Source of the DNA: a bacterium
Lineage (GTDB): Bacteria > Hinthialibacterota > Hinthialibacteria > Hinthialibacterales > Hinthialibacteraceae
Length of the DNA: 64,000 nucleotides
Assembly (NCBI GenBank): GCA_963663405.2
Contig: CAXXSM010000130.1
Location: forward strand, 117,027-181,026
Reading direction: 5' to 3'
A program made the translations under genes and the position numbers. The first letter of the stretch is position 1. Every line of letters starts with the position of its first letter. The notes under the pieces were generated by a model that had not been told where the DNA came from, made no database searches, and saw only the letters and a list, made by a program, of their open reading frames with translations. This document shows positions 44,701 to 53,182 of this stretch, piece after piece.

Positions 44701-45148
44701 TGATATTCCTTCAGGAATGATTCCTACTTCCGTTGATGGGCGGGGATTGGAGATTACGGTTGATCCAGGTGAATTGGTGTTCCTCCATTCCAACGCCCCG
44801 ATCCAGGCGGCGCAGGGGCCTCTGCTGATTGATTTGGTGGTAAGAGCCAGCGGGTCAGGCGGTCAGGTCGCATTAGTCGCGCTGAAAGGCAGCCTGGCGA
44901 CGTATCAGGATTTGGATGGATCGATCGCTACGCTTATCCCAATCAATTCGGTCAGTTTCGCGAATTGGCCGAAGCGGTTGTTCCTCGTTTACGAACCTGA
45001 TACCGGCGCGCTTGTGAATCCAGCGATTCAGGTTTATTCCGTCAGCCCGGACGCGAGCACAACTGTCTGGATCGATCGGATGAATGTCTATGCGATCGAT
45101 CTCTCTATCCCTTACATGAACGAATTGTTTAATTCCAGCGCCAATTAA
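38756..45148 (+). CDS. Giant secreted protein: six parallel beta-helix modules + cohesin-dockerin-cohesin + PT linker + C-terminal domain
   Basis: AAGGAG RBS; six VFTSY.DD..GGDTN.DG...G.PGDW motifs; NYWGSPSGP; dockerin GDANGNG..DAGDA...ADINQNG.IDLDDA. Confidence 0.9.
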   Translation: MKALRFVPFSCWIVLFLICVGTTQAQTSISGSQSGVWNTGGSPYLIIGNVSVPAGQTLTIQPGVIVKFNSGTQLVVDGTLLCEGTSGGTIVFTSYRDDSAGGSTDDETASAGVAGDWKTVQINPGAKAVFKECRFQYGGASAAPAVYSGGALTMENCQIQYSAGKGVQLAGDVVKTLQAVVCSDSAGAGFELSGTNASLYQCVSERNGAGLVMSGSNSCTECAFNNNTGEGIRISGGVLDQPVCADCQCMGNGSGVAVNPELLPTIQRLTISGNVWQTVTLPGGTLKKDVNFKDIFLTEDYDLIYILQGNLAVDSTVTWTINAGAMFKLPNNGVITVNGSLFVFGEGDHPVVFTSYRDDRTGGDTNGDGPTTGAPGDWGTVIVSDTGKAFMEYARFQYGGNANQSSLRSTGELTLNNCLFQYSKTNGAYLTGRQVNREFLAFGVQNCQFINNTVYGLYSEGTGSIQGCLFQSNTNAAVNIQGGQVDTVTFRGSTILNNGSIGVIQPHLLAGVSENTVDPTTNERLDIPSGTIKRDTTFDMSGVQYNLAEGGITIDNLAKLTIQPGVIFKADAARTQPVLTVNGSLEIVGTGAQPVVFTSYRDDTYVGDTNGDGPSEGAPGDWNSLHISESGSAVIRDCLFRYGGYNNNRSLILQGGTLTANQLTIERSAGSGALLNGSSVSLTDTTIRNCGAHGIELDSPAFQLTGCYFQSNKGNGLSANGSGTITGCVFNRNTQAGLIETGATTASITCTGSQFDGNGVIASIQPHLLYGFSGNTVNVGTNQFFQIPSGVISRDTKLDIPGALYDLANGGLTIQAGAVLQVDPGVFFKPAAARSNQLIVQGKLEAIGTAELPIIFTSYRDDEFGGDSNGDGPSTGAPGDWGSILVANTGDAVLTHCVIRYGGVNNQIALTANGSLTLKQTIIDQALSTSVSVNNSTAVFENSTFQLAGLHGASVTSPNFTITNCVFASNNGAGLNANGSGSITDCAFHNNIAEALVVTGGQTDFISCSGGMFTGNGRIASIQPHLLYGFGANQVDTSTNVFFSIPSGVINHDTQLAIAGAMYDLADGGVTVAENATLRIDPGVIFKSNSARTNQLIVQGKLEVNGTSANPVVFTSYKDDATGGDTNQDGPSTGQPGDWGMISIAASGSAAFNHCVLRYGAANTFSSILEANGAVTLDQTTIEKSRSMGLMVNQAAALLKNSVIQECGSTGAKIAGPNFSIQGCEFIANNGSGMDANGSGTITNNTFQGNTGNAVVLSGAQTDTILCANNAIAGNGGAASVQPNLLPGFMDNQIDIETNSVISVPKGSLVRDATLAVTGAYYDISEGGITIEQYASLTAMPGIFFKALSARANTGNLLVVNGKLFVQGTDATPVVFTSYRDDESGGDTNKDGVSKGVPGDWGKINIAASGEASIEYADIRFGASGALSSKGKLTIQHSTIESNGGVGMLLEGASLAQFCSIQNNAGVGIQASGSNAVVRGCDIEGNGSGVSGGSQNSIIEAEYNYWGSPSGPLDESDDRQNGGDYNPSGAGDSVSNNVDYRPWLFSSYRNAVAGFAAVLIEAPRDVKANAQYLAKVYVKTDSFALGSYDLTIGAYPKNMVEIDRIIPSNTAEFGAPNLAQISTSLDSITVNDSQTSGTDSPKGKIHLFTIVFTPIAIGNFSFEIDNAELRTLDFKLLLPSAESVNLRVSDIGILGDANGNGLFDAGDALAIAQYVNGLRPTLPGKEAADINQNGHIDLDDALLIAQIIAKQRPHPMGSYAALESYVPPANTRKLAPFAATGLELQVVKEPAYLGDQLVLDLFIQSGNQTLGAYDLALEYDARVFMAAQVSQGGDSYFGISPIVNMDHTNGITYIVDYQAASFTEPVGRIHIGRIAFVLLDLPSIGITEITVRPGRPQDVNFIPIDLREVTISVPFDVNQFPATPTPPPSADATPTPTLPAGALPDIEPVLTYEFSQDSLAANGWSEIPGGFNSMPPGVAAISDIPSGMIPTSVDGRGLEITVDPGELVFLHSNAPIQAAQGPLLIDLVVRASGSGGQVALVALKGSLATYQDLDGSIATLIPINSVSFANWPKRLFLVYEPDTGALVNPAIQVYSVSPDASTTVWIDRMNVYAIDLSIPYMNELFNSSAN

Positions 45149-45173
45149 GGGAATACGGGCGTTCCCGTCCGTG
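45149..45173 (+). repeat. Degenerate REP-like palindrome GGGAATACGGGCGTTCCCGTCCGTG
   Basis: Resembles the reverse complement of 57996-58017. Confidence 0.35.
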
Positions 45174-45279
45174 AATGTTAGCCTATCAATGAACTCCTTC
45201 CGATTATTGAAAGCCAGAGTTATCTTCTTTGTGTGAGACACTCACATTCCCTTATCATAATTGTTTCGTGAATTCCCCT

Positions 45280-46053
45280 ATGCAAACAGGAACCATTTTT
45301 GATATCAAACGATACGCCATCCATGATGGACCTGGGATTCGAATTACGATATTTCTTCAAGGCTGTCCGTTGCAATGCTGGTGGTGCCATAATCCGGAAG
45401 GGATACCCATCGAACCGGCTCCCCGGATTCGAGCGTCAAAAGAAGTGTTGACGGAACGGCCTGTATCTGTTCGCGAGTTGATGGAGGAGATTGAGAAGGA
45501 AATCGTGTTTTTCGATGAATCCGGCGGGGGCGTTACGTTCTCCGGCGGCGAACCGTTGATGCAGCCGGTTTTTCTCCAATCCATGCTTAATGAATGTAAG
45601 AAACTCGATCTGCATACCGCGTTGGATACAACCGGCTATGCGTCTCCACAGCATTTAGAATCCATTATGGATCTTGTTGATCTATTTCTATTCGATTTGA
45701 AATTGATCGATGATGAGCGGCATATCCAATACACGGGCGTGTCGTGTCAGCCCATTCTTGAAAATTTAAAACGGCTTATCAATCATCAGAAAAATGTAAT
45801 GATCCGCTTTCCTCTCATTCCTTCGATTACGGATACGGAAGAAAATATTGTGGAACTAGGTGATTATCTCTCTTCATTGAATCGGATCAAAACGATTCAC
45901 ATTCTTCCCTATCATAAAACCGCGTCCGAGAAGTACCGCCGATTGCATCGGGAAGATAAAATGAAAGGGATCGAACCGCCTGCGGCTGAACGAATCGAGG
46001 CCGTCAAGGAACGGTTCGAAGACCGGGGATTTATTGTGGAAATTGGAGGATAA
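45280..46053 (+). CDS. Glycyl-radical enzyme activating protein (short form)
   Basis: HDGPGIR..FL.GCPLQCWWCHNPEG, GGGVTFSGGEP, LPYH; directly upstream of the GRE. Confidence 0.95.
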   Translation: MQTGTIFDIKRYAIHDGPGIRITIFLQGCPLQCWWCHNPEGIPIEPAPRIRASKEVLTERPVSVRELMEEIEKEIVFFDESGGGVTFSGGEPLMQPVFLQSMLNECKKLDLHTALDTTGYASPQHLESIMDLVDLFLFDLKLIDDERHIQYTGVSCQPILENLKRLINHQKNVMIRFPLIPSITDTEENIVELGDYLSSLNRIKTIHILPYHKTASEKYRRLHREDKMKGIEPPAAERIEAVKERFEDRGFIVEIGG

Positions 46054-46055
46054 CC

Positions 46056-48419
46056 ATGCGCGGCAGAATTAAAACGATCCGGGAACAAAGCCTACAGGCC
46101 AAACCCAGCCTTTCGATGGAACGGGCTTTGCTGCTTACTGAATTTTATAAAAGCGATGCGGCGGATACAGTTTCTGTTCCCGTCAAACGCGCGATGGCGT
46201 TTAAGCATATCATGGAAAATAAGGCGCTCTACATCTATGATGGTGAATTGATCGTTGGTGAACGAGGCCCGGCTCCAAAAGCGACGCCGACGTATCCGGA
46301 AATTTGCGCGCATTCGATGAACGATCTCGATATTCTCAATTCCAGGAAAAAAATCCCCTATCTCGTCGATGAAGAAACCCGGTTGCGGCACGAAACCATC
46401 ACGCTTCCCTATTGGCAGGGGAAATCGATGCGGGACCGTATCTTTGAAGAGATGTCTGAAGATTGGAAGAACGCGTACGAAGCGGGTATGTTCACCGAAT
46501 TTCAAGAACAACGGACGCCTGGGCATACGGTTTTGGGAAGCAAGATTTATGAAAAAGGTTTCCTCGATCTAAAGGCGGAGATTCAGGAGAGTATAGAAAA
46601 CCTGGATTTTTTCAACGATCCTGAAGCGTATGATAAAAAAGAAGAACTGAAAGCGATGGATATCGCCGCAGACGCGTTAATCCGGTTCGCGCAGCGTCAT
46701 GCGGAGAGATTGCGGGATTTGGCTGAATCGGAACCGGATTCGGAACGAAGAGACGAATTGACAGCGATGGCGCGGATCTGCGATCGCGTTCCCGCCCATG
46801 CTCCCGAAACCTTTTGGGAAGCGCTTCAATATTATTGGTTCGTTCATGTTGGCGTGATTACGGAACTCAATCCTTGGGATTCGTTCAATCCTGGCCGTCT
46901 CGATCAGCATCTTTACCCGTTTTATAAAAGAGATCTGGAAGCGGGAATTTTGACGGAAGAACGGGCGCGGGAGTTGCTCCAATCGTTCTGGATCAAGTTC
47001 AACAATCACCCCGCGCCTCCGAAAGTCGGTGTCACCGCGGAAGAGAGCGGCACCTACACGGATTTCTCTCTCATCAATGTAGGAGGCGTCAAAGTTGACG
47101 GCTCGGACGCTGTGAACGAACTCTCCTATATCCTCTTGGACGTAATCGAGGAGATGCGGCTTCTTCAACCGAGTTCCATGCTTCAACTCAGCAAAAAGAA
47201 TCCGGATCGCTTCATCAAACGCGCGCTTAAGATTGTAAAAACCGGGTTTGGGCAACCCTCCATTTTCAATACTGATTCGATCGTGCAAGAACTGGTGCGG
47301 CAGGGGAAATCGATTGAAGACGCGCGGTGCGGCGGCGCCAGCGGTTGTGTGGAGAGCGGCGCGTTCGGCCGGGAGGCGTATATTCTCACCGGCTATTTTA
47401 ATATTCCCAAATTGGTGGAACTGACCTTTAATAATGGCTTCGATCCCTATACGAAGAAACAGATCGGCCCGCTGACCGGCGATCCAACCGCATTCCAAAC
47501 GTTCGATCAATTCTTTGAAGCGTTTGAAAAACAATTGCGTCATTTCATCAATATCAAGATCGAGGGCAATAACATCATCGACCGGCTGTATGCGAAATAC
47601 ATGCCTGTTCCCTTTCTCTCGCTCTTGATCGACGACTGTATCAAGAATGGAAAAGACTACCACGCGGGTGGCGCCCGGTACAATACGAGTTACATTCAAG
47701 GCGTCGGCCTGGGGAGCGTCACGGATGCGCTTACTTCGATTAAACACAATGTATACGATAATCAAAACATCACGATGAAGGAACTGAAGGAGGCGCTGGA
47801 TACAAACTTTGAAAACGCCGAATCGCTGCGATCCCGTTTCGTCAATGAAACGCCGAAATATGGCAACGACGACGACCGCGCCGACTCGATTCTAAGGAGA
47901 GTTTTCGAAGTCTATTTCAGCGCCATCGATGGAAGGCCGAACGTGCGGGGCGGGCAGCATCGGATCAACCTTCTTCCAACGACTGTCCATGTCTATTTCG
48001 GAAGCGTCACCGGCGCGCTGCCGGATGGCCGCAAGGCGGGTGAAGCGCTTTCGGAAGGGATATCCCCCGTCCAAGGCGCCGACCGGAAAGGCCCGACCTC
48101 CGTCGTGAAATCCGCCGCGAAAATCGATCACCTGCGCACCGGCGGAACACTCCTCAATCAGAAATTCACCCCCCAGCTGCTTTCGGATAACGGCGGCATC
48201 AAGAAATTGGCTCACCTGATCCGCTCGTATTTCAAAATGGACGGGCATCACATCCAATTCAACGTCGTCACGGCGGACACGCTGCGAAAAGCCCAGAAGA
48301 ATCCTGATCAATACCGCGATCTAATCGTCCGCGTGGCGGGATACAGCGATTACTTCGTCGATATTGGCCCCGCGCTCCAAGATGAGATTATTGCCCGGAC
48401 GGAGCATTTGGAGTTTTGA
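46056..48419 (+). CDS. hypD: Glycyl radical enzyme, probable trans-4-hydroxy-L-proline dehydratase
   Basis: RVAGYS glycyl motif, SGCVE Cys loop, and HypD-type motifs FTEF.EQR.PGHTV, ELN.WD.F.PGRLDQ, PAPPKVG.T..ES.TYTDF, EAY.LTGY, LPTT.H (compared from memory with C. difficile HypD). Confidence 0.88.
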   Translation: MRGRIKTIREQSLQAKPSLSMERALLLTEFYKSDAADTVSVPVKRAMAFKHIMENKALYIYDGELIVGERGPAPKATPTYPEICAHSMNDLDILNSRKKIPYLVDEETRLRHETITLPYWQGKSMRDRIFEEMSEDWKNAYEAGMFTEFQEQRTPGHTVLGSKIYEKGFLDLKAEIQESIENLDFFNDPEAYDKKEELKAMDIAADALIRFAQRHAERLRDLAESEPDSERRDELTAMARICDRVPAHAPETFWEALQYYWFVHVGVITELNPWDSFNPGRLDQHLYPFYKRDLEAGILTEERARELLQSFWIKFNNHPAPPKVGVTAEESGTYTDFSLINVGGVKVDGSDAVNELSYILLDVIEEMRLLQPSSMLQLSKKNPDRFIKRALKIVKTGFGQPSIFNTDSIVQELVRQGKSIEDARCGGASGCVESGAFGREAYILTGYFNIPKLVELTFNNGFDPYTKKQIGPLTGDPTAFQTFDQFFEAFEKQLRHFINIKIEGNNIIDRLYAKYMPVPFLSLLIDDCIKNGKDYHAGGARYNTSYIQGVGLGSVTDALTSIKHNVYDNQNITMKELKEALDTNFENAESLRSRFVNETPKYGNDDDRADSILRRVFEVYFSAIDGRPNVRGGQHRINLLPTTVHVYFGSVTGALPDGRKAGEALSEGISPVQGADRKGPTSVVKSAAKIDHLRTGGTLLNQKFTPQLLSDNGGIKKLAHLIRSYFKMDGHHIQFNVVTADTLRKAQKNPDQYRDLIVRVAGYSDYFVDIGPALQDEIIARTEHLEF

Positions 48420-48585
48420 GGTTGATTTGTTTTTTATCTTCTTAACCGTTATCAATATCTTTTTCTACTGGGTATGTAACGAAATAATGCATTTTTTGCA
48501 TTAATATCGTAAGACGCTATTCTAGTGATTAAAATGATGTATAGTTTTCTTCGTTTATCTTCATGATTTTTTTTATATTTAAGGG

Positions 48586-51570
48586 ATGGATATGATGAAA
48601 AACGTTTTTTCAACCTTCTTTGTTTTATATCTTTTTCTCTGCTGGACTATTGAATTTACTTACTCAGAAGAACCGGAAGATGAATTAGACGTTGAATTTT
48701 GGGATTTTGAAGAGATGTATGAATGGATGTATGCGGAAAATGGAATTTGTAGTAGGTATGTATATAGAGAATTCACGCAGTTTAATGACCGTATATATTT
48801 CTTAGGGAAAACCTGGTTTGATGATCTTCTTGAATATGAAGAGGACCCAGATCGAATATTTGAGCTTGAAACTGCGAAAAATGCAATAATCGGAGAAGTC
48901 GCAGTTTACCATAGTTCAGTATCTCAATATCCTTTTCAACTAAAATATATTAAGAATTATAATACTTATCCTGGACCTTCTGACTATGAGTTCGGTTATT
49001 TTAATTTTTTTAGCGCATATTTTGCCACCACTGATCCATATCAAAATCAGACTGTCATAGTTCAAGGTTGGCGTAAATCTAATCTTATATATGAAAAATC
49101 TATTTTAATAAGTCATCAACCACAATATTTCAGTTTTGATTTTTTATTAATTGATTTATTAATTGTAGATATTGATAGTTGTGATTTTTTTATTGACAAT
49201 ATAACAATATCAAAAGAAATTGGTGTAGATCTATCAGTAAAAGATGTAGACATAGCGCAAGTTACATGGAATCCCGATATTAATGGTGACAATCGTATTG
49301 ACTTAGTGCATAGTAGACGAGCTAAAGTGCGTGTTGAAATTGATATACTTGATCCCGTAGATCCCATTACTCGTGAACCAACTGTCCCGGATAATGCTAC
49401 AGAAGATTTTTTAAATCAAAAGGTCATTGTCTCTCTATACGAAGAGGACGTTGAAATAACTAATGAAGAAAAAACATTAGGAACAATTCTCAATGATTTT
49501 GAAAATGAAAAATGCTTTCTTCTAAATTATCAAGAAAGTGAATTAGGCGATCACGACCTGAAAATCATTGTTAATCCAGTTATCAATCCTCAGACAGAAG
49601 AGCGTGAAATTCTGGAGTATTATGTTGATGACAATGAAGCAGAGTTGGAAATCACTGTTAAAAAAACAAGGCCATTAAATATAGCATATATCCCGGTTAA
49701 ACTTGGATATGTACAAAATGAAGGAGAACCGAATCAAGAATCTGTAATTAACATTGCTGTAATATCTTTAATTGATTTATATCGTTTATTTCCATTGTCA
49801 GTAAATCCTCATGGATATACTGGTTATGAATATGGAAAAAAGGTTCTTATAAAAAGGTATGAAACTTGTCCTTCAATTAATGATTGCCCTGACAATATAT
49901 TACTTTTAGTATCTCTGAATATCGCTCGACAAGATATGAACAATGAAATGGGAGTCGATTATTGCGAAAGATCTGTAGGAATTGTGACGAGAAATTATTT
50001 TTATACACATAACCTAATTCAGACGGTAGGATATTGCTATCCTGGTATAGATAGCGCTGTTGTAGTATGTGAGGGATATCCTGGAGCAGTGGTACATGAA
50101 CTTGGGCATTCTTATGGAATAATAGAGCACAACAATGTGACTTCACAAATTCTTTCTGGATATAACATCTGGACTGATTCAATAGTTAATGAGTATTATT
50201 CTTTTATTTATGAGAATATTATATCCAATTATTGGATAAGCGACGATGAATATAAATACTTATTCAATAAATTAAATGCCGGTTCGCCTAATGATCCAAA
50301 TATATTAATATTATCAGGTTTTATCAATCTTGATGGATCAATATCATTATTAGAGTGGTTTGCTAGAAATAGTGGATTTGTTGAGTATCCAAAAGTGGCG
50401 AATGAGTTAATCCAAAAATATATCAATGTACAAATTCTGAATGATAAAGGAATAATGATAGACGAAATTTCAATACCATTGTCTTTTTATATTTATTATT
50501 TTGGACAGGGGCTTGTTGAAACAAATTCAGCTCCTTTTTCTTTTTCAATAGAATATCCAAAGGATGCCATGATCATACGGTTTATTGATGATGGGACCGT
50601 TATTCAAGAAATTAATATAACGATAAAATTACTTCGCGATGCTGTAGATAATTTATCAGAAAACTGTATTAAAGAAGGTGATATTGATTCTGTTAAAAAT
50701 GAATTGTATAAAAGCATTGATGACCTGGAGGTATTGTTAACACAGAGAGATAAATATGGCGCGATCGACAAACTCCAAATTGAAATAATAGATAAAATTA
50801 ACAGCCTTTTATTGGAGGATTGTACGTCTGATGACCCGCTTACTACAACAAAAAGCCTTTTTCTTCAGACTGTGGATATGGTACTACATAGAATTGAAAA
50901 TCAAGATGATCCACCTGGTGTTTATATGGTAAATGGTGATGGAGTAAGCCATGGTGAAGGTAAGTATTGGCCTGGAATAAAAGGATATTTTGACGCGCGG
51001 TTTACTCCAGCTTCTATTTTTGATAATGAAGAAACATACCCTAGTTGGTGCGCGGATAGGGATACTAACATCCAACTAGATAAATGGTATCAAAATGTTG
51101 AATGTTATTCCTCACTGACTGCATCCAGTTGTAATCTCATCGGAAATCCGGACAATCTTCCTTTAGTAGATTTCTTATTAGTATATTATCGATTTTCTTT
51201 TGGCAGTGATAATGAAGTGGAAATCGACGGTCAGACGTATGTAATTACCAATAACGAAATCCAAGCGGTAATATGGATGCTTCTTTTTAATGGATTTCAA
51301 TGGGGTGACGGTCATATTCAGGGAGGTGGAATCCAATGGAATCCAATACTTGCGCGTTGGTTATATGATCTTATTTTAATTGAATATAACGATTATATTT
51401 TGAATTATGGTTTTTCTATGGGGGATTTTTATGAGGATCTATATACCACTTTCACAGAAATTTCTATCGCCGTTATCATCGATTGTGGTGATCAAGTCAA
51501 TCTGCTTGAAATTCCATATTGGTTATATAAAGAATTAGTGACATTGGGAATTGTCGTAGATTGCCCATAA
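48586..51570 (+). CDS. Low-GC secreted zinc metallopeptidase-like protein with C-terminal thioester-domain-like region
   Basis: Signal peptide; VVHELGHSYG..H (50095); SWCAD...IQAVIW...DQVNLL at the C-terminus. Confidence 0.75.
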   Translation: MDMMKNVFSTFFVLYLFLCWTIEFTYSEEPEDELDVEFWDFEEMYEWMYAENGICSRYVYREFTQFNDRIYFLGKTWFDDLLEYEEDPDRIFELETAKNAIIGEVAVYHSSVSQYPFQLKYIKNYNTYPGPSDYEFGYFNFFSAYFATTDPYQNQTVIVQGWRKSNLIYEKSILISHQPQYFSFDFLLIDLLIVDIDSCDFFIDNITISKEIGVDLSVKDVDIAQVTWNPDINGDNRIDLVHSRRAKVRVEIDILDPVDPITREPTVPDNATEDFLNQKVIVSLYEEDVEITNEEKTLGTILNDFENEKCFLLNYQESELGDHDLKIIVNPVINPQTEEREILEYYVDDNEAELEITVKKTRPLNIAYIPVKLGYVQNEGEPNQESVINIAVISLIDLYRLFPLSVNPHGYTGYEYGKKVLIKRYETCPSINDCPDNILLLVSLNIARQDMNNEMGVDYCERSVGIVTRNYFYTHNLIQTVGYCYPGIDSAVVVCEGYPGAVVHELGHSYGIIEHNNVTSQILSGYNIWTDSIVNEYYSFIYENIISNYWISDDEYKYLFNKLNAGSPNDPNILILSGFINLDGSISLLEWFARNSGFVEYPKVANELIQKYINVQILNDKGIMIDEISIPLSFYIYYFGQGLVETNSAPFSFSIEYPKDAMIIRFIDDGTVIQEINITIKLLRDAVDNLSENCIKEGDIDSVKNELYKSIDDLEVLLTQRDKYGAIDKLQIEIIDKINSLLLEDCTSDDPLTTTKSLFLQTVDMVLHRIENQDDPPGVYMVNGDGVSHGEGKYWPGIKGYFDARFTPASIFDNEETYPSWCADRDTNIQLDKWYQNVECYSSLTASSCNLIGNPDNLPLVDFLLVYYRFSFGSDNEVEIDGQTYVITNNEIQAVIWMLLFNGFQWGDGHIQGGGIQWNPILARWLYDLILIEYNDYILNYGFSMGDFYEDLYTTFTEISIAVIIDCGDQVNLLEIPYWLYKELVTLGIVVDCP

Positions 51571-51734
51571 CATAATCCTCGTTACTATCTTCAGGAAGAT
51601 CTAAAAATCCATTTAGGAATGATTCCCTTTCCGCAAGTATACCGAGAATCGAAATCCGTTGGGGATTGCTGAAAACGGGGGGATGGTATACGCTTTATTT
51701 TCTCAATCCACTATTCATTTTATCGAGGTATCCG

Positions 51735-53051
51735 ATGCGGACACTTAAGATCGCTGTGGTCGGCGGGGGGATGTTTTTTCAGGAGATCATCGGCCAGACG
51801 TTGAAAGATTTCGAGCGTGGCGGATTCGCCGGGGCGCTTACGTCGATTGGGATGAGCCATTTCGCGCCGCAGGTGGCGGATATTCAATGCCGGTTCACGG
51901 CGATTGGCACCCGCAGCGGGACCGCCGCAACCATTGCGGATTGGTATAAAGAAGATTTTCCCGAATCGGGGATTCAAGCGCATTCGGGGGAGACCGTGTG
52001 GGATGAGATTCTCGACGAACATGAGCCGGATATCCTATTTGTCGCAACGCCCGATCATTTACACGTCGAGCCGATTCTCGCGGCGCTTAATCGGGGCGTT
52101 CATGTCATTACGGAAAAACCGGTTTGCCTCAAAACCGCTGAACTGGACCGGATCACGGCGCTTGCGCGGTCGAAGGGGCTGATCACCGCCGCGGATATGC
52201 ACAAACGCTACGATCCATTCGTGCGCGAGATGATGAGCCACGCGCGGGAGAAATACGACCGCATCAACCGCGTCCGCGCCTGTCTGGAAGAGCCGATTGA
52301 TGTATCCACTGAAATATTCAAATGGGCGGAAGATTCAAACCCCTTCACCTATGTCGGCTGTCATTGGCTGGATGTCGTCTCGTTTTATCTTGGTGTTTTT
52401 CCAGCGAGCCTGTATGCGGTGGGGCAGAAAAATCTTTTAGCTGATTGGGGCCGCTATCACGAGATCGCCGCGCAAAAAGAAGGGCGTTCTGTTGAGACAT
52501 TTTCTAAACGTCATGATATACATACATGGGACGCGCTTTCGGTGGGCGTGACGTACACTGATGGGATGTACGGCGAATATCACAACAACTGGATCAATCC
52601 CCGCGATTTTGAAGGAGCGGTGAATCAGGAAATTGAAGTCTACGGCGTTCTGGGCCGGGGGATGGTCGATCAACAGGACCGGGGCTTCCGCGAAACGTTG
52701 ACAGGCGGCGGCTCACGCACGCGCAATCCCACTTTCAGCGGACGGATTCACAGCCAGGGCGCCTATGAAGAGGTGTTCGGGTACGGGAAAGCGTCGATTG
52801 TGGCGGGGATGCTGGCCATCGCCCGCGTCAAGTTTTTTGGAGAGTCTTCCGAATCGTTGGAGGGAACCTATCCATCCGCCGAATCACAGCGCAGCGTTAC
52901 GATGATCGTGGAAGCGGCGGCGGAAGTGGCTCAACGCAATGAAGACGCGCTTAAGGCGGGGCGGGGATGTCCTGTTACCGCAAGGTTTGAACGAGACCGG
53001 ATTGTGATTGTTGATCCTTATCAATCGCCTGTTGAGACGATTCTGTACTGA
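51735..53051 (+). CDS. Gfo/Idh/MocA family oxidoreductase
   Basis: AVVGGG, VATPDHLH, HVITEKP, HKRYDP, VGCHWLD. Confidence 0.9.
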   Translation: MRTLKIAVVGGGMFFQEIIGQTLKDFERGGFAGALTSIGMSHFAPQVADIQCRFTAIGTRSGTAATIADWYKEDFPESGIQAHSGETVWDEILDEHEPDILFVATPDHLHVEPILAALNRGVHVITEKPVCLKTAELDRITALARSKGLITAADMHKRYDPFVREMMSHAREKYDRINRVRACLEEPIDVSTEIFKWAEDSNPFTYVGCHWLDVVSFYLGVFPASLYAVGQKNLLADWGRYHEIAAQKEGRSVETFSKRHDIHTWDALSVGVTYTDGMYGEYHNNWINPRDFEGAVNQEIEVYGVLGRGMVDQQDRGFRETLTGGGSRTRNPTFSGRIHSQGAYEEVFGYGKASIVAGMLAIARVKFFGESSESLEGTYPSAESQRSVTMIVEAAAEVAQRNEDALKAGRGCPVTARFERDRIVIVDPYQSPVETILY

Positions 53052-53058
53052 ACGCAGA

Positions 53059-53146
53059 TATAATTTCTGGGACGTACGCCAGGGCAGAAAAAAGCCTTGC
53101 CCTGGGCACCCATGGAATAAGTCTTATCCTGGGTGCCCGTTATAAT
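53059..53146 (+). repeat. REP-like element copy 2, with second hairpin GGGCACCCA...TGGGTGCCC
   Basis: Shares the core with 1935-1964. Confidence 0.75.
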
Positions 53147-53182
53147 TGAGATCATAACTGCAAATGAAAAAGGAGTATTACG

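Noticed and set aside
46677-47765. 362-aa antisense ORF inside hypD
   Set aside because: Shadow ORF from codon bias; no motifs
46056-48419. Pyruvate formate-lyase or choline TMA-lyase
   Set aside because: Single-Cys SGCVE loop (not the PFL CC pair) and HypD-type motifs
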